Below are positions 18,124-28,301 of a stretch of DNA of 64,000 nt, one piece after another. The notes beneath the pieces are model-generated. The model searched no databases. It saw only the letters and a program-made list of their open reading frames with translations, and had not been told where the DNA came from. Location: contig CAVRXR010000002.1 of the NCBI GenBank assembly GCA_963725205.1, positions 700,615 to 764,614 on the forward strand, written 5' to 3'. The DNA is from an uncultured Gemmatimonadales bacterium. Its GTDB lineage: Bacteria > Gemmatimonadota > Gemmatimonadetes > Gemmatimonadales > Gemmatimonadaceae. The translations under genes were made by a program, and so were the position numbers. Each line of letters starts with the position of its first letter. The first letter of the stretch is position 1.

Positions 18124-18948
18124 ATGGTCAATGCGCGCTCGTGTTGCCCGCTTCTGCTCGCCGTTGGCATGGCTCTTCCCATGACATTGCCCGCGCAGTC
18201 GTCGCCCACGCCGCAGGCGATGGACGGCGTCATGATCGCGTTCGAGCGAGAGGCGGACTACTACGGGGGACGGCTCGTCCAGGCGTTCGACTCGATCCCC
18301 GCGAGCCGATATGACTATCGACCGACACCCGCACAGCAGAGCATCGGCTTTGTCGCGCAGCATCTCGAAGACGCGAACTATGGCCTCTGTTCACGTTTCG
18401 CAGATCTGAAGCACCCCGGCACGGCAAAGGACTCGCTTGCCGACTCCCTTAAAGCGCAGTGGCCCAAAGACACCCTCATCACGCGTCTCGAAGCATCGCT
18501 CGGATTCTGTGATGCCGCGCTCGAGCGGGCGGGGCATCTGCAGTCGCCCGCACTCGCGAGCAACTTGCTCTCCTTCGAGACGGATCTGGCCGAGCACTAC
18601 AGCCAGATCTCCAGCTACATGCGGCTGCTGGGCATGGTTCCTCCATCGGCCCTGCCACGCAAGAAGCGCACGGCGATCGAGTTACCGGCGTCCGATCTGG
18701 CGCGGTACCCCGGCGTGTACGAGCTCGCACCGGGACTGGACCTCGACGTCACGATGCATGACAACGTGCTCATGGTGAGGGGGAGCGGCGGTGGGAACCC
18801 GGCGCGCCTGTGGCCCGAGAGTAGGGACCACTTCTTCGTCAACGAGGTGGACGCGCAGATCACGTTTGTACGTGACGCGAGCGGAACCGTGACGGGCCTC
18901 ATGCTGCGCCAATACGGCCGCGAGAAACAGGCGAAAAGGCTCAAGTAA
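18124..18948 (+). CDS. DinB-family protein with an extra C-terminal beta-rich domain, secreted
   Basis: Signal peptide, then a DinB-like region (QSIGFVAQHLEDANY...HYSQISSYMRLLGMVPP), then a C-terminal domain GVYELAPGLDLDVTMHDNVLMV. Confidence 0.8.
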   Translation: MVNARSCCPLLLAVGMALPMTLPAQSSPTPQAMDGVMIAFEREADYYGGRLVQAFDSIPASRYDYRPTPAQQSIGFVAQHLEDANYGLCSRFADLKHPGTAKDSLADSLKAQWPKDTLITRLEASLGFCDAALERAGHLQSPALASNLLSFETDLAEHYSQISSYMRLLGMVPPSALPRKKRTAIELPASDLARYPGVYELAPGLDLDVTMHDNVLMVRGSGGGNPARLWPESRDHFFVNEVDAQITFVRDASGTVTGLMLRQYGREKQAKRLK

Positions 18949-19038
18949 GGGTTGTGCCCGCAGGCGGTGGAGTGGGCACATGGCCCCCGGATACTCCGGT
19001 GGGCGTTGCCTTTCTCGATTGCCTCGAGTCGGTTGAGA

Positions 19039-19500
19039 ATGGAGCTGAGCGACCACACAACGATCACGATCCTTCGTGCGACTTGGGTGATCGACGTCGC
19101 GGCCTTCCTGGTACTCAACTGGGCGGCACGTGCGCTTCTCCGGTACTCGGATGCACACCCATCCACCATGGGGTCCGCAGCGGACGACCTTCCGGGACCT
19201 GAGTCGCGGTCATGGATGTGGCGCACCGCCGGTGGCGGGCGAGTGCTACGATTCGTTTGGTCAGCGGCCGCCGTCCGGGTGGCGGACCCCACAGTACGGC
19301 GTTACGTGTGGGTGCTACGGGTGGCAACTGCTGTGATTGCGACCGCGCTGCTCACCATGTTTCTCGTTACCGCCCGTCACCCCTCGCGGAGTTGGAGCCT
19401 CGTGCAGAAACAACAGCCGCGCGCCGCGCCGCAGGGTAACGCCGCCTTCCCGCCAATGCGCTCGTGGTCAGTCATGATACCGCCGTCGGAGCGGATATGA
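19039..19500 (+). CDS. Possible membrane protein
   Basis: ATG at 19039 and two hydrophobic segments. No recognisable motifs. Confidence 0.3.
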   Translation: MELSDHTTITILRATWVIDVAAFLVLNWAARALLRYSDAHPSTMGSAADDLPGPESRSWMWRTAGGGRVLRFVWSAAAVRVADPTVRRYVWVLRVATAVIATALLTMFLVTARHPSRSWSLVQKQQPRAAPQGNAAFPPMRSWSVMIPPSERI

Positions 19501-19562
19501 CGTGCGTTGGGACCGTGCTAGCGAAAGGCAGCATCGCGCTAGGTGACTCGTAGGCGGACACC

Positions 19563-20244
19563 ATGAGGAGCCTTTATCTCCGGGCCATTTACAAGACAGT
19601 GGTCGGAGCCGTCGCGTTGTTTGCCGCCATCTTCCTCCCCGCATGGACAGTCGATTACTGGCAGGGATGGGCATTCTTCCTGACCCTTATGGTCTCGACG
19701 ACGCTCGTCACGATTTACATGGCGCGTCATGACAAGCCGCTCCTCGAGAGCCGTTTGCGCACCGGCCCGACTGTCGAGAAAACGGGGACTCAAAGGCTCA
19801 TCACATCCATCAGCCAGGTGCTGGTCCCTGGAGTGTTCCTGATCATGCCGCTTGACCATCGCTTCGGCTGGTCGCCCGTTGTCCCCGCACATCTCTCGAT
19901 ACTCGGTGATGTGCTCGGCGCGCTCGGGATGCTGATCTACTTCCTCGTGGTCAGAGAAAACCGCTTCGCCTCAGCAACCGTAGACGTCGTCGAAGGGCAG
20001 ACGGTCGTGTCGACCGGGCCTTATGCGATCGTCCGGCACCCGATGTATGCGGGCGCGATCTTGGTATGCCTGGGGGCGCCGCTCGCACTCGGCTCCTGGT
20101 GGGGATTCCTCCTTACCCCGATCGTCATCGGCATTCCTCTCATGGCGGCTATTGGCTGAAGAGCGATACCTCCGCGAGCATTTACAGGGATACGGCGAGT
20201 ACGCGCGCGCCGTGCGCTACCGCCTCGTCCCCTACATTTGGTAA
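19563..20244 (+). CDS. Isoprenylcysteine carboxyl methyltransferase (ICMT)/phospholipid methyltransferase family; frameshift near 20125-20150
   Basis: GPYAIVRHPMYAG is in ORF 19563..20159. The conserved C-terminal end RLLAEERYLREHLQGYGEYARAVRYRLVPYIW is in ORF 20023..20244. Confidence 0.8.
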
Positions 20245-20272
20245 CAACAAAGAACCGCGCTCTCGGGGACAG

Positions 20273-20695
20273 TCATTCGGCGATGCGTTCCAAGGTGTAG
20301 CGGTTCTTGGACGGAAAGATGAGGATCAGGCGATCGCCGTCGAACCGATAATCGCTCGCTTCGTCCGGGCCTGCGCGAGACAGAATGGGCTGCTTCCTGT
20401 CGCCGGGTCTCACGTGAATCTGCACCCACTGCTTGAACACGATTCGGTTGGCGACCCGTGTGTAGGGGCCCGCATTTCCATTCGCATCGTCCATCTGGCC
20501 GTTGTCGAGCTTGAAACGTACATTGGCCGAATAGTACTTCTTGGTGAAGATGAACAAGCCCTGCATTGGGTGCTCAACGCCGTTGACCTCGTACGTCACG
20601 GCCTTCCACGCACCGGCAAGCGCGCGATCTTGGTCGACCGGCGCCGCAGCTGTCAAAAGTCCAAGCGCAACCAGGACAACGAACCTTCGAAACAT
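20273..20695 (-). CDS. Lipocalin-like domain protein, secreted
   Basis: 140 aa with a signal peptide. LAGAWKAVTYEVNG...FIFTKKYYS pattern. Confidence 0.75.
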   Translation of the reverse strand: MFRRFVVLVALGLLTAAAPVDQDRALAGAWKAVTYEVNGVEHPMQGLFIFTKKYYSANVRFKLDNGQMDDANGNAGPYTRVANRIVFKQWVQIHVRPGDRKQPILSRAGPDEASDYRFDGDRLILIFPSKNRYTLERIAE

Positions 20696-20902
20696 TCCGT
20701 CCTCCCGAAAGCAAAGACAAGCTCGCTTCGCAGGCTCTGAACTTACAGCCGCCGCGCGCCATCGTGTGCTGCCTTTCGACCCACAGTGGGCGGAGCCGGA
20801 CGGACTTTGATAGACTGATGCACGGAGTAATAGGCGCCGTTATCGGCAGTGCGGGCATGTCACGCCCCAACTCGAAGATCCTGCGAACCGGGGAAACTCG
20901 AA

Positions 20903-21088
20903 ATGGCGATTCCCACTGAAATGGGTAGGCAGACAGCTGTCGTGCTTTACCTGGTGGCGATGGCAGCCGTCATCGTCGCCGTAGACATTGCGTTCTTCAG
21001 AAACCGATTCTGGGAACGGCTGACGGTGAATATCGGCATTGTGTTGGTGTTCGCAGCTTTCTACTTGCGATTCCTCAGACGTCCGTGA
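20903..21088 (+). CDS. Small two-helix membrane protein
   Basis: ATG at 20903, 61 aa, two hydrophobic helices. Confidence 0.45.
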   Translation: MAIPTEMGRQTAVVLYLVAMAAVIVAVDIAFFRNRFWERLTVNIGIVLVFAAFYLRFLRRP

Positions 21089-21132
21089 ACAAAACGCGAC
21101 AGGCTTAGGGACTACCCGGCGCTAGGCTTCGG

Positions 21133-22593
21133 TCAACGAAGCGAGGGGGTTCGATTCTGTGTCTGATTGCCGTCGCTGTCGATCGTGTCCGGCAGGATGT
21201 ACCGCGGGTGCCGTCCATGAGACCAGGGATCATAGGTCACGGCGAACCGGATACGCTCCTCGTCCGTGGGATGGTCGCGGAACCAGAAGCCCGGTATCCC
21301 ACTTAGCTCTGCATCGGGAAAGCATCTCTCGCGACACAGCTGGAACAGTCCTGCCGCTGCGGCGCCCGGGCTTGGCACAATCCCGTGGATCGCTTCCAAC
21401 CCGTACCGATCCGCTTCGCGCTCGAAGTGGCGACTCGTCATGTTGAACGCTGGCACCTTGACGAAGTTGATCGCGACGAGCAGGAACAGGAGCAATGGGA
21501 GCGAGGCATGGTCTGCCATCGATTCGATCCCCCAATACCGTCCCCAGCGTGCAAGCATCCAGGTGCCGGCGCGAAAGGCCGCGTAGACGAGAGCCAAGAG
21601 GATGATCGCGTCGATGAGAAGGCCCTTGATGCTGTGATGGAGCGCCAAGTGCCCCATCTCGTGGCCGAAGGCAAACAGTATCTCTGGCCGGTCGGTGTCG
21701 TTGATGAGCGGCTCGGCAAAGACGATCCGCTCCGGATCCCACATCTCTGACGCGCCCGCGAACTCCGGCTCGAAGGCGCCTCGGGGAGTGCTGCCTGGAA
21801 CGATCAGTTCAACCAAATGGTCGGGTGGAATCGTCTTGCCGGCATTCCGGGCCACGCGCTCCATGTCAGCGACGACGTCCGGGTACCGCAACGTGACCGG
21901 TTCAAGCCACCTCGTGAGATCGAACATGCGATCTCGCAACAATCCGGTGACGCCAATTACCGCCAGGAGCACGGCCCAGGCGACCAGCCACCACGTGCGC
22001 GCGCCGCGGCGAATGATCGGATACAGCAGCAATACAACGATCGAAACGACAGCAAGATCGATCGCGCGTGATAGCGCCCAGCGCGTCGTCCACGAGACCC
22101 AGCTAGTCCGCGCAGGGTGGAAGTTCAGCGCGAGCGCATGATTCCACGCCTCGACCGGGAAACTGAGGATGGCGACGGTGCCGAGTACCGCAGGGACGTA
22201 GAGGCTCGCTCTAGCCCAGGATCGACCAACTACTCGCGCGAACCAGTCTCGATATCGGGTACCAAGCCGCACAGCGATCAGACAAAGCAACAGCAGAAGC
22301 TCGTAAAGCGTGCCCAGGAAGTAATGCTGGGTTCGCGCCGCCAAGTAGGAGGTCGCAGCGGAATCCGCCCGCGACTCCGCGGAGTCAGCGGCTGACAACT
22401 CGGCCGCTTTCGCAGTCGACAACGGCCGATCCTGGTCGTGCGTCACGGGGCTCGAGTGACTCGCGATTGACCGTGGCACCGCCGTCAGAATCCCTGCCGT
22501 ACCTTCACCGGCCGCAGTGAACGAACCCCAGCCGCTCGGCCGTGGGCAGAGCACTGCGCTTGCAGCGATGGCGAGGCTAAGGACCAGCCGCAC
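21133..22593 (-). CDS. M48-family zinc metallopeptidase, membrane-bound
   Basis: 486 aa with a GTG start, several TM helices, and the HEXXH site in FAFGHEMGHLALHH. Confidence 0.85.
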   Translation of the reverse strand: MRLVLSLAIAASAVLCPRPSGWGSFTAAGEGTAGILTAVPRSIASHSSPVTHDQDRPLSTAKAAELSAADSAESRADSAATSYLAARTQHYFLGTLYELLLLLCLIAVRLGTRYRDWFARVVGRSWARASLYVPAVLGTVAILSFPVEAWNHALALNFHPARTSWVSWTTRWALSRAIDLAVVSIVVLLLYPIIRRGARTWWLVAWAVLLAVIGVTGLLRDRMFDLTRWLEPVTLRYPDVVADMERVARNAGKTIPPDHLVELIVPGSTPRGAFEPEFAGASEMWDPERIVFAEPLINDTDRPEILFAFGHEMGHLALHHSIKGLLIDAIILLALVYAAFRAGTWMLARWGRYWGIESMADHASLPLLLFLLVAINFVKVPAFNMTSRHFEREADRYGLEAIHGIVPSPGAAAAGLFQLCRERCFPDAELSGIPGFWFRDHPTDEERIRFAVTYDPWSHGRHPRYILPDTIDSDGNQTQNRTPSLR

Positions 22594-22676
22594 GATAGTC
22601 CATTGGAGGCATCGTTACTCCCATTACCAAGTCCACGCCACTGGCCCGGGGCAGCGCCCCAAGTTACCTGGGAAAC

Positions 22677-25470
22677 CTACCCCTCGGCTCTCAGCGCGGT
22701 TGCTGGGTCGATTCGGCTTGCGCGCCAACCCGGCGCGAAGCTCGCAGCCGCTGCGCACCCACACAACAGGAGGGCCACGCCCGCGAGGACACGCGGATCA
22801 TAGGGTGAGGTCTCGTAGAGGAGCGCCGCAATCGCATGCCCGGAGAGGAGCGACAGGACAGTGCCAACGGCTATGCCGATCGCCACAAACCCGAGGCCTT
22901 CTCTAACGACGAGGGATACAATCGACGTGCGTTGTGCTCCGAGTGCCAATCGGAGTCCCAATTCCCAGTTGCGCTGCGTGACGCTGTAGGAAATGAGCCC
23001 ATAGAGTCCCACGAAGGCAATGATCAGCGCCAGCAGGCCGAACCCGGAGAAGAGCGACGCGCCCATCCGCCAGGGTCGCAGCTGAGGGGTGAGGACATCG
23101 GCAAGCGACTCGACTATGGGCGGTTCGGCAGAGGGGAAACGGCGCCGCAGCGCCCGCCACAACCAGTTGCGACGCCTGCGCCTCTTGACCCGGCCGCACG
23201 CGAATCGTCAGGACGTTGCCGCCGTTGGGACGAAGGGGCACGTAGTATTGCATGGACTCAGATTCAACGACGTCCATCACGTGCGCGTCGGTCACGACTC
23301 CAACGATGGGAACGCACCCGGGCATGATGCCGATGACAAAGCACTTCCCGATCGGATCTTCGTTCGGCCACACCGTCTTGGCCATCGCGGCGCTGATGAC
23401 CGCAGCGCGGTAGGGCTCCTTCACGAAGTAATCGGTCGGTGCGCCTGATCGGTCCGCGTCGGTAAAGAACCGGCCCTTGAGCAGGCGAATGCCGGTCGTC
23501 TCAAAGTAGGTTGGCGATACGGGTGTGATTGGTGGCGGACCGGTAAGGCCGGCTGCCTCCAGCTGCGCGTCATCGCGCCCGGGAATGTCCAATGAAAGTG
23601 TAAAGAGGCGCGACGACATGGGGCTCCGCATGGCAATCGCGGCGCCTTGAATGCTCGGCTCCCGTGCGAGATCAGCCGCAATCTGTTCCAGGCCGAGCCC
23701 TATCTCTTGCCCATGATCCCACGTGTCGTCGTATCTGGCTTGTGGGTCGCGGAAGACGACCCTTCCTGAAATGAGCCGTTCCACGTCGTATCCGACATCA
23801 ATGCTGCGGACGCGCGACAGGCTTTGGAAGAACACGCCGCCGCCGACCAGGAGTACCATAGACAGCGCCGATTGGGTAATCACCAGTGCACGGCGCAGTC
23901 CAACGGCGTGGCCCGTGATGCCGCGGCCGGTCGTGAGGGAGCGCGCCACATCCTCCCGACTGATCTGCAGCCCGGGAATCAGCGCGACGACGACGCACGT
24001 CATCACGGCGACAGCTCCGGTAAATAGCAGAACCCGGAGATCCACCACAGTGCGTGCCCAGTGCGCGCCGGGCAGCAACAACGCTTTGATCGTCGCGATC
24101 CCCAGATCGCGATCGCGACGGCAGCCAGACCGGCCAGCATCGTCAGGACGAAGCACTCGGACAGGATCTGGCCGATCGAGATGGCGGCGTGAGGCGCCCA
24201 GTGCAATGCGCGCGGCGAGCTCGCGCCGCCGCTGCATGCCGCGACCGAGCATGAGATTGGCCACGTTCAAGCATGCGATGATGAGGAGCACGATCACGAC
24301 GGCCATGAGGCGCCAGGTGATGCCGACACTTTGGTCCGTGTGCGGAAGCAAGGTCGGCGCCGCGGTTTTCCTTGTGAGCGTGGGGGCCAGCGCCTGATTG
24401 ATCGAGCCCACGAGAGCGACCGCGGTTGAGTCCGGGCGCCCGCGTGTCGGCCCACCGTCACCGCCCAGCGAGCGTCGCAACACGGTCGTGCCAACGGCCG
24501 CGAGATGACTCGTCGCTACTCCTGGACCGACGCGCGCGGCAAGTTCAAGCGGAGCCTGGGACCACGATAGTGGAAGCGAGGCCTCGTACCAGGGTTTCCC
24601 TTTATTCGGGCCAAACCCGATCGGCGCTTGCGGATACGTCGGCAGCGGCAGCCACAGGTCGGCATCGCTCAGGTCGGTGCCGGCGAACCCCGGTTGCGCG
24701 ATACCGACCACGGTGAACTCGCGGCCATCAATCGTGACCGTCGCGCCGACAACGTCTCGACGGCCGCCGAAGCTGCGCTGCCAGAGGCCGTCGCTCATGA
24801 CGGCGCTGAGCACCGGCGAGCCCATGCGTTCTTCGTCCGCCGAGAAGAATCTGCCGAGCTGCGGCCGCACGCCCAAGAGTGAAAAATAGTTGTCGGACGC
24901 ATACACAGCTTGGATCGACTGCGCCTCCCCCGCGCTACTCATGCTGACCGAATCGGGGGGACTGAACGCCGTCACCTCGCCGTCCGATCGTAAACCCTCG
25001 GCGAGCGCTACGTAGTCGCCATACGCGAACTGTGGCTGTAGTGCCGGGAGACCGTCCGGAGTCAAGGTCGTCGTGACGTACAGCCGGTGGAGTCTGTTGG
25101 GCTCCACTAGCCCGGCCGGTGCCCTGAGAAACAATCGATCAACGATGGCGAACAGGGTCGACGTCGCGCCGATCCCGAGCGCGAGCGTGAGGACGACCGC
25201 GATGGCAAAGCCTGGCACGCGGCCGAGCGAGCGGACAGCCAGCCGAAGATGCAAAGTGAGGTGGTCTATCCGTCGCGTCCCCCATGCCTCGCGCGTGACC
25301 TCCTTCACGTGCGTGACGTTGCCGAACTCCCGCCGTGCGCCGCGCACGCTCTCGCCTGGCGCGCCGCCACGGGCGGCGCGGTCTGCGGCCGCCATCGTGA
25401 GATGCGCACGGATCTCTTCCTCGAGCTCACGCTCGCGGCGCGCTCGCGCACCAACGAACGGTCGCCTCAC
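22677..25470 (-). CDS. ADOP-family duplicated FtsX/MacB-like permease; three frame changes
   Basis: N-terminus RRERELEEEIRAHL is typical of ADOP. The C-terminal FtsX domain is in ORF 22677..23162 (shift near 23158-23168). An internal TM helix is readable only in ORF 24003..24206 (shifts near 24172-24182 and 24098-24105). Confidence 0.85.
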
Positions 25471-25763
25471 GTATCCTCCGACAACGGGCGCGTGAGAATC
25501 GCGGCCATGGCTTCGCTCAACTGTTCCCAGCGCGACTTTTCAGCTACCAGCCGCTTTCGTCCACTGGGCGTCAGGCGGTAGACCCTGACTCGTTGGTTGC
25601 TCGCGGACGTCTCCCATTCGGCGGAGATCAAGCGCTCGCGCTCCAGGCGGTGCAGGGCGGGGTAGAGCGAGCCCGTGTCTACCTGCAACACGTCCCGTGA
25701 GCGATCGCGGATGAGCTGCGAGATCCCATACCCGTGCCTGGGGCCCCAGCGCAGGGTCTGCAA
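25467..25763 (-). CDS. PadR-family transcriptional regulator (N-terminus extends upstream of the listed TTG)
   Basis: GPRHGYGISQLI...LYPALHRLERERLI. The conserved IELLQGTLDLLVL lies in-frame upstream with no ATG/GTG/TTG. The stop overlaps the ADOP start (GTGA). Confidence 0.85.
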   Translation of the reverse strand: MQTLRWGPRHGYGISQLIRDRSRDVLQVDTGSLYPALHRLERERLISAEWETSASNQRVRVYRLTPSGRKRLVAEKSRWEQLSEAMAAILTRPLSEDT

Positions 25764-25974
25764 AACGAGGAGGTCGAGCGTGCCCTGGAGCAGCTCGATG
25801 CGGGAGTACAGCCGGGTCGGACGGGCGATTCGGGCCTTCCGAGTCAGTGCCTGTCGACATTCTACAGCCAGGGGTGTAGGATGTCTACTCCCGAGGCGTT
25901 ATTCCTCTGGCGAAACGTGACCCCCGCACGCCGTATGGCGGCATGCGGGGGTGTCGGGCGCACGCGACTCGCGA

Positions 25975-26527
25975 TCAAGGAGAGCGGCGTACGTCGCGAA
26001 GCGATTTGGCTTTTTCTGGTTCCTTGTCGACGATCGACGGATTGGGGAAGACGAAGTCTGCGCCGACGGCCGCCAGGTTCAGCGTGAGCGTGTCGCCATA
26101 CGCGAAGCATCGCAAGGACACGCCAATACCATACTGTACGGCATACGGGGGATCGAGCTTCAACTGATTCGTCGCGTCGGGAACCAGAATGGGACAGGTT
26201 GCCGGTAAACGCACCTGGCGGCGGATCGGGCGCGGAGTAACAAGGGAACTGTGCGACCGGCACATTGCCATCCCACACATCTACCTGTTGGATATACAGG
26301 TCGGACGTGGTCTCGAAGAGAATCGTGATCTGCGTCAGCATCGGCAATGCGCCGTCAACGGATGCCGGCGTGGGGATGGGGATATGACTGTTATGATACG
26401 ATTCGTCATCGTCGAATGAGTTGAAGTCCAGCTCGGTACCCCAGCCTCGATGTCTGATGACGGCGTATTCGCCCGGGTCTTCCACCACGAGCGCATTACC
26501 GTGGATCCACATGGTCGTGACGCTCAT
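25975..26527 (-). CDS. Hypothetical protein; frameshift near 26185-26215
   Basis: The N-terminal half MSVTTMWIHGNALVVEDPG...VWDGNVPVAQF (ORF 25862..26527) continues as ILVPDATNQLKLDPPYAVQYGIGVSL...FVFPNPSIVDKEPEK in ORF 25975..26280. Confidence 0.6.
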
Positions 26528-26739
26528 TTGAGACTCCTCGCCGGCGCACGGTGGCTACTCGTGCAGACGGCGGGCGTTGCGGCCGGCGACTGAGGGGGGA
26601 CACGGACCACACCCGCGGTGCCGGGGAAGCCCATTACCGCGTTGTGGCCGTGCCTGCTGATGGGTATGGGGCGATGTTCGCTGTCCATGCGATCTGACTC
26701 CTGCCGGCGGGGCCGGACTGCTGAGTGGGTCACTGCCAT
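26524..26739 (-). CDS. Possible small ORF translationally coupled to the downstream gene
   Basis: The stop overlaps the next start (ATGA at 26524-26527). Composition is weakly protein-like. Confidence 0.2.
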   Translation of the reverse strand: MAVTHSAVRPRRQESDRMDSEHRPIPISRHGHNAVMGFPGTAGVVRVPPQSPAATPAVCTSSHRAPARSLK

Positions 26740-26807
26740 GATCGAACCGCCGGCAAGGTAGACGGCACCTGTCTGTGCGCCGTCTCTCGGTCGTCACTCG
26801 TTGATTC

Positions 26808-27578
26808 CTACGGACAGACGGGCGTCGGGGCCAGCGATTTCGCGCAGGCGCCTGCCCTCCGAATGCGCATCATCTGATTCGCGCCGCGACTGAACTCGTA
26901 CGGAACCGTCTCGATCGACGCCGTCAGCCCGAGCGCGGCCACGGTGCGCAGCACCGGATCGACCAACGCCGATCGATGGCCGGGTAGAGCGACCAGAGGG
27001 AAAATGCGGCACTCATCCGCCACCCGGCACAACTCCCGCACGGCCGCGCAGTGAAAGGCTTCACCGAGGTGATCGCTATACAGGAAGAGGAAGTGCGAGC
27101 AGAGTGCGAGATCGAACGAGCGGGTGCCGAACGGCAGCGTCGGCAGCTCGGCGGCGACGTAGCGCCCTTCGGCCTTACCCGCCGGATAGTCGGCGAGGAA
27201 CTGGTTCATGGCGCCGAGCCGCAGCTCCCGCAAATGTGTGGGGGACGGAATGGTCGTCCAGACGAATTGATCGGCGTTTCGCCGGAACTGCTCCATGACA
27301 ATGTCGTCCGTCGCCACAATGCGCTCACGGATCTCGCCCGCGCTGAACCGATACAGCGGATCGCAGGAGCAGACGCTGATCTGCTGGCGTGTTGCAATCG
27401 CGTTGAAGCTCGCGGGGCCGTCCGCGCAGCCAAGGAGGCGAAGCCCGCACTCGCGCTCCGTCAGCGCGAACATGAGCTGGTATTCGTGGAACGTCCGGCC
27501 CCACGGGACGATCTGATCGAGCGTGAACAAGTCGCAGAGACCGGTGGGGCGGGTCGGTGATCGGGTATGGCGGCCCAA
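26808..27578 (-). CDS. Class I SAM-dependent methyltransferase
   Basis: 256 aa, LLGCADGPASFNA (motif I-like) and FDLALCSHFLFLY. Confidence 0.8.
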   Translation of the reverse strand: MGRHTRSPTRPTGLCDLFTLDQIVPWGRTFHEYQLMFALTERECGLRLLGCADGPASFNAIATRQQISVCSCDPLYRFSAGEIRERIVATDDIVMEQFRRNADQFVWTTIPSPTHLRELRLGAMNQFLADYPAGKAEGRYVAAELPTLPFGTRSFDLALCSHFLFLYSDHLGEAFHCAAVRELCRVADECRIFPLVALPGHRSALVDPVLRTVAALGLTASIETVPYEFSRGANQMMRIRRAGACAKSLAPTPVCP

Positions 27579-27584
27579 TGCCGG

Positions 27585-28121
27585 CTAGTGCGCCGGCTGA
27601 CTCGACGGCGGCACCATGCCGAGCATGCGCATGTAGGTGACAATGTTTCCGTAATGCTCGTCGTCGTGCACCGTACTGTAGAGCAACGCCCACTGTGCGG
27701 ACCGCTCGCCCGCGAACACCTTGACCGTCCGGTTCAGCGCGTTAGCGTCGGTCATCGCATACGCCTTCTCGCAGTGCCGGGTAGAAGCCTTGAGCGCTGC
27801 CACCAACGCGGCCTTCCCCGTCGTGGTCTTCTCGATGGCGTCCGAGGCGTTCACCTTGTCGCCGAGTGCCTGGGCGCAGAACATGTCCTGGGAGCCGGCG
27901 ATGTGCGCGATGAGCTGGCCGAACGTGCGCACCGTCGGCACGGGGCGGTACGAGTAGCTCGAGTCCGGCACCTGCTCGGCGGCCGCGGTGATGTAACCGA
28001 TCACCATCGTCCAGATCTCGCGATCTGCCGCTAGCGCCGACGGCGCGGGAGGGCTAACGGGCTGCGAAGGCGCGGCGCCCAGGAGGGCGATAAGGGGCAA
28101 CAGGGGAATCGCACGCATCAT
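27585..28121 (-). CDS. DinB-family protein, secreted
   Basis: 178 aa with a signal peptide. FGQLIAHIAG...DDEHYGNIVTYMRMLGMVPP. Confidence 0.85.
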   Translation of the reverse strand: MMRAIPLLPLIALLGAAPSQPVSPPAPSALAADREIWTMVIGYITAAAEQVPDSSYSYRPVPTVRTFGQLIAHIAGSQDMFCAQALGDKVNASDAIEKTTTGKAALVAALKASTRHCEKAYAMTDANALNRTVKVFAGERSAQWALLYSTVHDDEHYGNIVTYMRMLGMVPPSSQPAH

Positions 28122-28301
28122 GACGAAGTGTCTCCGAACGGTGGGTGCCAGCGGTGGGGGCAGAACCGCCGGGAGGGAGTCCGGTGAAGGTGACAGCTCC
28201 CGAAACGGTCGCTGCTCGGCGCGCGAATGCCTTGTCTACATTATACGGGCGTCCCGATCGGGCCGCTGCCTGGTCGCAAAACGCATACGGGTGTGGCTCA
28301 T

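Noticed and set aside
21141-21157. tRNA T-arm-like string GGGGGTTCGATTC
   Set aside because: The following bases (TGTGTCTG) do not complement the stem, there is no cloverleaf context, and the string lies inside the M48 peptidase coding region.
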